From Lama guanicoe (Eukaryota), in contig MU054323.1 of the NCBI GenBank assembly GCA_013239625.1, forward strand, positions 6,251,220-6,315,219: a DNA stretch of 64,000 nt, given 5' to 3'. A model generated the notes under the pieces. It saw nothing but the letters and a program-made list of their open reading frames with translations, had not been told where the DNA came from and ran no database searches. Below are positions 27,225 through 38,946 of this stretch, piece after piece; position 1 is the stretch's first letter, and the number at the start of each line of letters is the position of its first letter. Made by a program: the position numbers and the translations under genes.

Positions 27225-28600
27225 GTTTTTATTTTAGGATGGTTTTCAAGCGTACAGAAAAGGTATGTGTATATACCTTTTACAATATGATTCCTCATTC
27301 TTCTCCTAAATACTCAAGTGTATAACTCCCAAAATGAGGACACTCTGCCACATTAGCATCATAAAACTCTTCCAATCAGGAAATCACCACTGATATAACA
27401 CAAAGCCACTCCACAGACACATTCAAATTTTATCAGATGTTCCAATAATGTCTCTCTTTCTGGTTCAGGATCCTATCCAGAAACATATACTGTATTTACC
27501 TATCAGATCTCCTCTGTTTCCTTCAGTCTGGAACAGTTCTTTAGTCTTTCCCCATCTTCATGCCCTTGACTCTAAAGAGAATAGGCTTTTCATTCTCTAG
27601 GATGACCACCTGTCTGGGTCTATCTGGTGTTCTTCATAATCCAATTCAGGCCATAACATTCGTGGAAAGACTATATAGACATGATACTATGCATGATATA
27701 CCTACCCATAACTAAGTATAACCTTGATCACTTAGTCAAGTTGCTGTCTGTCAGGTTTCATCACCGTAAAGTCATTATTTTTCCCTTTGTATTAGATTAA
27801 TTTATGTGGAATCACTCTGATAATTCACCAATATTCTGTTCCTAATCAAACCTCCATCTACCAGCCATAGCATTCACTGACTACTCTTGTCTTTATCCAA
27901 TACCATGGTGATTTTCTAATCCCATCACTCCCATATTTTTTAGTTGACATTCTACTTAAAAGAACTTTCCCTCCCCAACCCTCCTTACCCAATTCATTCA
28001 CTCATTTGTTTATATCAGTACAGACTTATGAATTCTTATTTTATTCTGTGAGTTATAATCCATTACTGTATTCTGTTGCTCAAAAATATAAGATTTGGCC
28101 ATCAGAAGCCCTCTCAAAGTGATTCCTGCATTGTTTTGACATGTCCCCATCATTCTGAGTACTTCCTTACTTTCTGGCACAAAAGAAATCTCTAGGTTCA
28201 TCTTGTACTTTCTCTCCCTTCCCCGAGAAATTGAGCCCTGCTTCCTCTTGGTCAAGGATAGTATTCAGAAATCAAGACCTGGGTACTAGGTATGCTCATT
28301 ATTACCAGTGTTTCACTGTTGTTGAGTCATCTCAGCAAAGAAAGCTTGGAAATCGAATATATAGACATACCTATAAATACATACATCTATACCTATTTCT
28401 TTATCTGTGGATAAATAAAGCATAAGAAATGAAACAAATGTGTTATACCAATGGTTCTAATTCTAACTCCACACCTTAAGGTTCTTTCTGGACTTTTTCT
28501 GTTTATAAGCCCTCCCCAGTGAGAAACAGGGCTTCCATTATCTTCAATACATTTATTCATTTGCTCCATCAATTAATTAATTAGTTTAATATAAACAATC
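27225..28600 (-). mobile_element. Old L1 (L1MC/ME-like) 3' region, sense to ATAD2B
   Basis: Same motifs as the minus-strand L1 at 61.9-64 kb; boundaries approximate. Confidence 0.6.
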
Positions 28601-29833
28601 TCTCAACTAGAGATCACTATCCAACATACTTTCACTATTCCCTCCCTAGCTTCAAGTCTTCAAACTACAGGAGTCACTGTCTTTGCACAGCAGCTCTCTT
28701 CTTCCCCACCCTATTCCTCAGATACTGGGCAAGTGAGGGAGAGAATGGAGGAGTCACCTTCTCTTTAGAGAAGATTCAATTCATATGTTAATACTTCACC
28801 ACTTGAGGTTATAGATCAGTATTTCAAAGGCATGTATGATCATTTTCAATATGCTGCCACATAAACATATTTGAGTTTTATTTCCTCTTATGCTACAAAT
28901 TTCTTTTAATAAAAATATATTAAAACTATCCATTTCAAAATCTAATAATAAAATGAACTTAAGCCATCAAAAAAACTATCCACTCCATAAATGTCATTTC
29001 TGTACCATTTTTCCCCAAAGCAACACATTACACAAATAATCAGTCAAAATGTAGCCACTAACAAACAAAAGAAATACTCACAATATATGTTTAAAAGTAT
29101 CCAAGTATAACCTATAGAATGAATTAACTTACCAAAAATTTTTTCAAAAAAAAGATCAAGTTTTAATTTTATGCTGTAATACAATTTACCATGAGCTACA
29201 TTTAAAGCCACTAGATCACGTTTGTACTTTATAAAAGGCACAAAAGGAAAAACAACTAGAATTTCAAACATCAAAGTGTCTATAATAAAAGGATAATAAA
29301 CATCCAAGTTGTGTAACATACACCACTACTTAATTGTTTATGTTCCCAAGAAAAGCCGGTTAGCTAATTCCAAACTATCCAGTAGAGGACAGAAAAACCA
29401 TTTAAGATGGAACTCAATCATGTAATAGTACTTAACAGTAAACATGCTTAATGTAGTCAAGAAATGGGTGCTTTTTAGAATTGTATTATTTCACTTCACC
29501 AGGCCATTGCCTTCTCCAACCCCACCCTTTAACAGAGTAAATACTGAAGCTCAGACATGAGTTAACTAACTCTAACCCAAAGTCATATAGCTAACAAATG
29601 ACTGACAGAATTTGAGTTAAAAAAAAAAAAACAGAATTAGGTCCTTCAATTCCCAATACAGTTCTCTTTCTACTACTTCAGACACTCCACCCTAGAATAT
29701 TTACAAAATACCAAAGGTAAAGAGTGCCTCAGAGGTCATTTTACTCCACTACTCATCCAAGACTTGATTAGCCTCTACATTTGTCATTCCAAATGTGCTC
29801 CACCTCAGACTTAGCCAATCAGACACCATTTTT

Positions 29834-30452
29834 TTTAAATAATCCGAAAACTTTATTGACCTAGAAATATGGCAGATGATAATCAATATTGTACTGAAAG
29901 TTGCACAGAAATTTTTACATAGAAAACTTTACATCTGTACCATATACATTTTATCCATCTGAAAAAAAAAATTCTACATTCATTGTTAATACGGAATGCT
30001 TGACAACTCTTGTCATTTTTTTAACCATCAGAGTACAATTCACAGTATGAATACCTTTCCAGTAAATCTAACCTCCCCAAACCATGCCAGATTTGTTATT
30101 TTAATAAATTCAACATTAAATTCTGCATATAGAGTAAAATCTACATCAAGCCCCACCACCCAAAAGAAAAGAATTTGACAGCAACCTATATTCATTTTGC
30201 AGTGATTCAAGTTTCAGTCCCTGAAGCATCATTCTATTTTAATGGTTCATCTTTTAAAGCCCTAAGAGAATTGTTACAAGTAGTTACATCAGTAGGGATA
30301 TTTTCAACCTTTTCCGTTGTTGTTGTTGATCATGACAAGTGTCAGCCACAACAGCTTCTGGACATATTAAACCCTCAAAATAACCACCCCTCTAAAAACG
30401 GCAAAACCAAAATCCCCACAAAATAAAAATGACAAAAAGTTCAACCCAAATG
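29834..30452 (-). pseudogene. 5'-truncated processed retrocopy of an unidentified mRNA 3'UTR
   Basis: T run 29829-29836, TTTATT (AATAAA on minus) at 29852-29857, TSD CAGACACCATTTTT (29820-29833) / CAGAAACCATTTTT (30453-30466). Confidence 0.75.
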
Positions 30453-33400
30453 CAGAAACCATTTTTGACAAGATCCCCAGATCATTCTTGTGCACATTAG
30501 AGTTTGAAAAGCATTATATAACAGTCACTGAGGAAGAACTGTCATGTGTTCTAAGACATATCTGTGAATAAAGAAACTGATATTTGTAAACTACTTTATC
30601 AATTCAGATACTCCAAGCCAGCATTACTCCTCATCAAATCCCATCAGACACCCTTCAAGACCCATCTCTCCCTCAAAAATCTTATCTGCAGAATCTAACC
30701 TAAATTTCCCCCTGCTAGCTGCAACTCTACATTTTGGCACTTGATTATATTCAATTTAGTAGTATATTACTTACCATCTTTGAAGTGTCACATCCAAATC
30801 TTGAGATGCTAGCAAGACTTTAAGGTCTTTAAGTATTAAAAAAAATACCCTAATTCTTTTTAATTCCACACAATACAAAGTCAAAAAGGGAGGATGCAAG
30901 ATTTCCCCAAGTGTGTCCAGTAAATTATTAACTGGAATTATTAGGGGAAACAAAGGAAGATTCATGGTCAAATAAGTTTGAGAAACAATGAGGTCGGAGG
31001 TTGTTTGCTTCAGAACTTCTAGGAGTCTATGTTAACATGCAGTATAAACTACTAAGTATGAAAGACAGTATATAACATTTCACAAACTTACTGATTAAGC
31101 TCTTTATTCATGGAGCATCTGTAGGTATTGAAGTTTCACAAACACATTGTGGGAAGAAGTGCTGTGTATTTACTGAATTAAAGATAAAATTGTAAAAATT
31201 TTAAAGTCTAGTCATTTTTTAAATAATGTGAGTTATATAACTCTTTGAATATTTTTAAATGAGTTTATATGTTTATATATTAGTCATTCTCTCATATTCT
31301 ATTGGCTTTTTAGATTTCCATTCAAGAGTGTTTCTCAAAATGTTGTCCACATACCGAGTCAGAAATCACCTGTGTTTCTCATTAAAGAAACAACCTGCTA
31401 AACTAGAATGTCTTGAGGTGGGATATTTTACATGAGAGCCTCCAAATGTTTAGTACACAAAAGTCAGAGGCCCTCTGGCATATAATACAGTTTAAGTATA
31501 GCACATCATCCTAACTGCTGCACTATACTATTGTACTACTCTTATAATGAAAGGGTTTCAATCCTGATTTGGCTCTGTGACAGAGACCTCAGAATAAACA
31601 ACATTACAAAAGACTCCTTCTGTCCAAAGAAATCTAGGGATTCAAGTAAAGCAAATAACCAAGATGTAAATACTACAAAATAATTACTTCAACATCATTT
31701 GATTAAATTCAAGCTTTAGGAAAGATTTTACCTACCAGTCTTATACTAAAAAGTTTACCTTTAATAGAATGATCAAAATGCTCAACTTTAACTTCTTCAA
31801 AGCATTTTACTAGTTAATTATAACCTAACCCTTTCAGGGAATGCACTGCCAGTTTCAGGACAAAGATATTTAAGAGAGATTATGCAATCTACCCACAGTC
31901 ATTAAGCAATATGTGTCAAGAGTGATTACAATCCACCAGCAGGAAAAGCATCTCAAACTAAGGGAATAATTTCATTTACCAAACATTTGTTAAGGGCCTA
32001 TTATGTACATAAGACATAGGGGGACGAGGAGGGCAACAGGTAAAAAAAGATTAAGACCTAGTTGAACTCAATACACAATCAGTAGAACTGACAGTCACCA
32101 TAATGACATATAGCATACTATAATAAATACTATAATAGAAATACACAATTCTCAGAAAGCAAAAAAAAAAAAGATAATTGCTAGTAGAGACGAAAGAAGA
32201 CATCATAAATGATGTGGACTTTATTTTGTAACAACATCATAAAATAGAACACCTAGAATGCTCAGAGGAACATAATTCAAGGAACTTCAAAGAGAAGTAT
32301 AATAGTAATAGTGTTACATGCTACAGATAGTAAAAGTACAATGAAAAGTTAAGTCATCCCCACTTGACTTTTTCTCTAAACTCTAACATTCTAAAATAGG
32401 TAGATAATATTTCCAATTTGCAAAAATGATTTTCTCTTCCAGTCTTAGAGTCTCTTAAGCCACACGCATCACAAATATTGAACACTGTTCTACCATAAAT
32501 CTCGTAAAATTAGGTAAAAGAACTTACGTTTAGAAGTGAAGTTTAGAATTCTATCCAGAAATCTAAGAAGATGTCCATCAGGCTGTGGGAAATGCAGCTC
32601 TGAGATGAGTGATGTGAGGACTAGAGCTAGATATGAAGCAGCAATAAAAGGGTCATAGGTAATATACAGAACGAAAAAACACAAGGGTAGAAGTCAAAAA
32701 TTTAAAAAAAAAACCCTACATCAAAGGGATGTGCAGAAATAATCTCATATAAACTAGAGAAAAATACAATGTCTCACTCAAACATGGGGAGTGGAAGTTG
32801 GTTCCAAAAAGACTAAATAAGATGAAAGTTGATAAACCTGTGGATGACTAATTAGGAGGTCATTATAACTTCTGAGAGGACAATTTCTACAAATGCTGAG
32901 GTGGAAATCTCTAAGTGAAGAACTGAATGAGTGGTGAGAATGTACCAGTGATAACTACAGAGCTACTCTTAAATGTCAGAATTAAGACAGAAAGTAGAGA
33001 ATACTTTTAAAGAGGTTGCAAAGTCAAAGAAGTCAGGGAAGGACTTTCTTTTTTTAAAAGATGATGTGGTTTCTGGTAAACAGAAAAAAAGGAACCATAG
33101 AAGAGAATAAAATAAAATAAAGTTTTAAAGAGCAAGAAAACTGATAAGAAAAAGATCCTCAAAGAGACATGGAAAAACAGAATAGGAACCTCATTTCCCC
33201 AGGCTACATCAGAAAGTATATGGGTGCAATCAATCTTTTTTCCAACTTCCTTTATAAGACAGACTTTTTTTTTCTACTTTTTTTTGTTAAATAAGTATTC
33301 TTGTTTTCATGAGAAAGCTTACAAGTGCATCAATTTCTTTTTCTCTCATTTGTAACAAGAATCCACAAGGGCAGCAGTTACCATGACTTCAGAAAACAAA

Positions 33401-35099
33401 ACTCACACTGCTATGTATTTTCTTAGAGCCAATACTATTCCACAAAGTCATAAAACTTCAGGCACACAAAATGTCCTAAAATGTCCCAAGAGTACTAGCT
33501 TACTAGTTTAGTGTCTCTAAACAATCATCATGAAAGAATATAAAAAGGGGGAAAAATACAAAAGTGAACAGAGGAGTTGTAAAAGATAAATAGTCTATTA
33601 CAGTTTAAAATGCATTTTTTCTTCCTGGAAGATAAAGATAACTTTTCATCTGAAAATATTACATTACTTAAAATAAAAAGGAGACAATGGGGATACTGAA
33701 AAATGCCACAGATTTTAAGTTAGACCGAACCACTCTTACAGTGAGTGCAGCACCACCACTGTGACTCAAGGACTATTTACCTCATAATATTGTTAGAACC
33801 AGGTGAGGAAGTGTAAGTAACAAATATTACACTTATAGTCTGACAGTGGATACAGTTTAACATAAGGATACTTGTTTGACTTTGTAGGATTAATACAACT
33901 TCATAAACATATTCATTATCTTCAGTGATTCATTTCTTCCACAACAAAATTTACTAACACCTATTATTGTGTTAGAGGATAAAACAATCTCTGCCCTTCA
34001 AAAAACTTAAAGCCTAACTCCTTAAATCAGCCAGTAAAAGCCAGGCAGTACAGAAAATTAACAGTGCTTAGAGTATTGGAGAATGGGATGTATACTGATT
34101 TAGCCTATTTTAGAACAATTTGACAAAACCTAAAAAAATTTAAAATACGTTATACCTTTGACCCAGTACTTCCACTTCACCTAAAAGAGAAAGGTCATTT
34201 TAAGCAACATTATTTATAATATTAAAAACATGGAGACAACCTAACTGTGTACCAATAGGGAACAGTTAAAGAGTGATTGTATAATGATAAAACAAAATAG
34301 AAAGTCAGCAAGGACAGATGTGAAAGAATGTACATGATACACAGTTTAGCAGAAAAATTATCATAAGTAGTATATAAGATATGATTCCATTTCTGTTAAA
34401 AATATACACATATAAATAACCCACACATACATGTGTAATGGTCTGGAAAGATGTACACCAGCTTTAACTGTGGTTATCCCTAGGAAGAATGCCCTATAGG
34501 AATTAGGGGAGCAGGGGAAGTCCTTTATTTTTTTCTGTGTACCTCCATATTGTTTGAAATACTAATTTCATAATTTTTTACTAAAAATATTTTCCAAAGA
34601 GCTGAGGTCAAAAGTCTTGTGTATTCCTTTATCTTCAGTATCTAGCACATAGAGTCACTCAATTAAAGATATTAAAGAATTAAAGAAACTTCCATTTCCA
34701 GTTGAACTGTTGTTTCTAATAATCACATGGCCTTGGGCAACTATCACTTCTCCTTAATTCTCCCATCTAATAAACTTGGAGACTTAAGTAGAAAAGCAAA
34801 AGCTAAAAAATGAAAATTTTTAAACATTTTCAAATTTTTAACATAGAAACCACTCCCCATCAGTTTTTCTCTTCTTTGTGCATATCTCTCAAATAATTTT
34901 CTCCTGTTTCTATACACACATTTAGAATTCTTATAATGTGTCACTGATTAAGAAGGTACAGCTCTGAGGTGGGGCTTCGTTTTGTTTTTTAAAAGTCTTG
35001 TTTACTCAAGTAACTGACAGTAAATTTCTCCAGCATGCTATCAAAAGTGCTTTTAAAAAGTCTGCTTTATTATTAGTTTATAGACAAAACTTTTCTAGA

Positions 35100-35737
35100 T
35101 GCCAATATCTGAATAATACGACTTCCTGAAGGAATGAAAGAGACAAGTAATATTTGAAAAAATAGTAATTTTAGATTTCCATTAAGAAATAATGATAAAC
35201 TTACCACAATCAACATGGATGAAAAACCACAGACTAAAAGACATAAGACCACCAAACAAGAGAGTAAAGGAAAAACCTATGCCTAAAATATAGCACAATT
35301 TATGACAAAAGATCAAAAAATCATATGAAGTTTCAAAAGAGAAAGAACAAAACACATACAACAAAAGAATCAGACAAGTATTAAACTTCAAGAGGATGCA
35401 AGATGACAATAAAGTAATATTCTTGAAGTACTGGACCTAGAATTTTGTATCCAGCCAAGTTTCCATTTGAAGGAAAGAGTATAATGAAAATAGTCTCAGG
35501 CATGTAATGCCTCAGACAGTTTGTCACAAAAGTCCCAGACTAAAATATTCCTAAAGGAAGCACTCACAAAGAAGAGAAATAAGTACAGTATAATAATGCA
35601 AGATATAAAAAGTAGAAAATCAAATACGGTACCTTAGTGAAACTTACTGTTACTGAAAAAAAAAGTCCAAAGAAAAGAAAAAGACAAAGTACTTATACCC
35701 GTAAAACTTCAAAACTAAAATTCTAGAGAATATAGAG
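35100..35737 (+). mobile_element. Ancient L1 ORF1 remnant (outer layer of nest)
   Basis: CCTAGAATTTTGTATCCAGCCAAG encodes PRILYPAK, a conserved ORF1p motif; old ORF2-like pieces resume at 38.1-39.7 kb. Confidence 0.65.
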
Positions 35738-35754
35738 TAGAAAGAGAGGTAGGA

Positions 35755-37998
35755 TACCAAAACCAGGCAAAGACACCATCAAAAAAGAGAATTACAGACC
35801 AGTATCACTGATGAACATAGATGCAAAAATCCTTACCAAAATATTAGCAAACAGAATCCAACAGCACATAAAAAAGATTATATATCATGATCAAGTGGGG
35901 TTCATTCCAGGGACACAAGGGGGGTTGAACATATGCAAATCAATCAATGTAATACATCACATCAACGAGAGAAAGGACAAAAACCACATCATCTCAAAAG
36001 ATGCAGAAAAAGCCACTGATAAAATTCAACACCCATTTATGGTAAAAACTCTCACCAAAGTGGATATAGAGGGAACATATTTCAACATAATAAAAGCTAT
36101 ATATGACAAACCTACAGCCAGCATAGTACTCAATGGTGAAAAACTCAAAAGCTTCCCACTAAAATCTGGGACAAGACAAGGCTGCCCACTATCACCATTC
36201 CTATTCAACATAGTCTTGGAAGTCCTAGCCACAGCCATCAGGCAAGAGAGAGAAATAAAAGGGATCCAAATTGGAAAAGAAGAGGTAAAAGTGTTACTAT
36301 ATGCAGACGACATGATACTGTATATAGAAAACACTAAAAAGTCCACACTAAAACTACTAGAACTAATCGAAGAATTTGGCAAGGTAGCAGGTTACAAGAC
36401 TAACAGTCAAAAATCAGTTCCATTTCTTAACACTAACAATGAATCAACAGAAAAAGAAAGTAAAGAAACAATCCCCTTTAAAATAGCACCCAAAGTAATA
36501 AAATATCTAGGAATAAATCTAACCAAGGAGGTGAAAGACTTATACATGGAAAACTACAGAACACTGATTAAGGAAATTAAAGAAGACTTAAAAAATGGAA
36601 AGATATCCCATGCTCCTGGATTGGAAGAATCAATATTGTTAAAATGTTCACACTGCCCAAGGCAATCTACAGATTTAATGCAATCCCTGTCAAATTACCC
36701 AGGACATATTTCACATAACTAGAACAAATCATAATAAAATTTATATGGAACCACAAAAGACCTAGAATTGCCAAAGCATTACTGAAGAAAAAGAAAGAGG
36801 CTGGAGGAATAACTCTCCCAGACTTCAGACTGTAATATAGAGCTACAGTAATCAAAACAGCATGGTAGGGTAACCACAAGCCAAAATCTTACAAATGAGT
36901 CACAAAAACTAAATAAAATCCAAGATAATACAAAGAAAAATTACCAAACCACAAAAGGAAGAAGAAAGGAACAATGAGGAAATACCAAATCAACTGCAAA
37001 AATAAGTTCAAAATGGCAATAAATGCACATCAATCATTAATTACTGTAAATGTTAATGGACTAAATGCTCCAGTCAAAAGATGTAAAGTGGCAGACTCGA
37101 TAATAAAGCAAGAACCTTCAATATGCCGCATACAAGAGACCTACTTTAGGGAGAAGGAACCCTACTTCAGAATGACACCTGCACCCCAATGTTCATAGCA
37201 GCACTATTTACAATAGCCAAGACATGAAATCGGCCTAAGTGTCCATCAATAGATGACTGGATAAAGAAGATGTGGTATATTTATACAATGAAATACTATT
37301 CATAAAAATAGTTCAGCCATAAAAACCAACAACATAACGCCATTTGCAGCAACATGGATGTTCCTGGAGAATGTCATTCTAAATGAAGTAAGCCAAAAAG
37401 AGAAAGAAAAATACCATATGAGATCGCTCATATGTGGAATCTAAAAAAAAGAACATAAATACAAAACAGAAGCAGACTCATAGACATGGACTACAAACTT
37501 GTGGTTGCCAAGGGGGCGGGGGGTGGGAAGGAACAGACTGGGATTTCAAAATGCATAATAGATAAACAAGATTATACTGTATAGCACAGGCAAATATATA
37601 CAAGATATTGTGGTAGCTCACAACAAAAAAAAAATGTGACAATGAATATATATATGTTCATGTATAACTGAAAAATTGTGCTCTACACTGGAATTTGACA
37701 CAACATTATAAAATGATTATAACTCAATAAAAAATGTTCAAAAATAAATAAATAATTTTTTTAATTAAAAAGAAAAACAGCATGGTATTGGTACAAAATC
37801 AGACATATGGACCAATGGAACAGAATGGAGAGCCCAGAAATGAACCCATAAACTTTTGGTCAACTAATCTTCGACAAAGGAGGCAGGAATATACAATGGA
37901 ATATCTTCAGCTAATGGTGTTGGGAAAACTGGATAGCAGCATGTAAATCACTGAAGCTAGAACACTCCCTTATGCCATACACAAAAATAAATTCAAAA
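35755..37998 (+). mobile_element. Younger L1 ORF2 segment (RT domain), truncated at both ends, interrupted at 36868-37773
   Basis: Frame [48 protein letters not shown]; frameshift near 36595; TSD TAGAAAGAGAGGTAGGA at 35738-35754 and 37999-38015. Confidence 0.93.
36868..37773 (+). mobile_element. Internally deleted L1 derivative (spacer + ORF2 N-terminus fused to ORF2 C-terminus + 3'UTR + A tail)
   Basis: TSD AAAACAGCATGGTA at 36854-36867 and 37774-37787; ORF2 ATG at 37013; fusion junction near 37155-37160. Confidence 0.88.
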
Positions 37999-38595
37999 TA
38001 GAAAGAGAGGTAGGACACTACAAGAGCATGTTCAAGGCCATGTGGTTAGAGGGAATATAATTTAAGGAAAAATAAGTTAATAAGTACATCTAGATCTTAA
38101 GGGCAATCACAGACACACACACAAAAAGGAAAATATTTAACTTTAAAATCAGCAGAAAAAAAAGATAATGCAACTTAAAAATAAATGAAGTAAAATCAGC
38201 AGAAGATGCACATATATGACCCAGTAGACATATCTATAACACTGCACTCCCTACTGCAGAATCCACATGCTTTTCAACTGTACATGGAACAATCACTAAC
38301 CATAAACAGTGTGACAAAAATAAACCAAAACAAATTTCAAAATATCAAAATCATATGGAATATGTTCTCTGAGTACAAGAGTATTAAACTGGAAGTAAAG
38401 AGCAAAAAGATAATTTGAAAATAAATGTACAACAATTCTGAAAAGTAAGCAATACACTTCTTACCTTTTCTTTGAACCAACGGATCAATGAATAAAGCAA
38501 GAAGAAAATTAGAAACTATTCTAAAATAAATTTATTTTTTAAAAAGTATACGTATACCAATAGAATTTGAACATAAAAAAATTAGGTTGAATCTT

Positions 38596-38694
38596 TTTTT
38601 TTTTTTTTGAGGTACTGGGGATTGAACCCAGGACCCTGTGCATGCCTGTGCATGTTAGGCATGCTCATTACCACTGAGCTATTTCCCTCCCCCC
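38596..38694 (-). mobile_element. Vic-1-like SINE (short form)
   Basis: TSD AGGTTGAATCTT at 38584-38595 and 38695-38706; internal CCTGTGCATG duplication. Confidence 0.88.
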
Positions 38695-38881
38695 AGGTTG
38701 AATCTTAATACAGAACAACACATGTTATTTGAGTATCTGAACAATCAATAAATTCACTCTATATTTTCCATATCTTAATGTTTTCCATCATGTATATATA
38801 TTTATATTTTTCTACTTCTAATAGAAAATACACATTTTTCTCAAGCACACAAAGAACATTTATCAAAACTGACAATTCATT

Positions 38882-38885
<4 letters not shown>

Positions 38886-38945
<60 letters not shown>
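38886..38945 (+). repeat. Poly(A) tract A30-T-A29
   Basis: Read directly from the sequence. Confidence 0.95.

Positions 38946-38946
<1 letters not shown>

Noticed and set aside
35811..36722. 303-aa reverse transcriptase ORF as a functional or domesticated gene
   Set aside because: It is an L1 ORF2 fragment lacking the endonuclease and promoter, with a frameshift near 36595 and a nested insertion.
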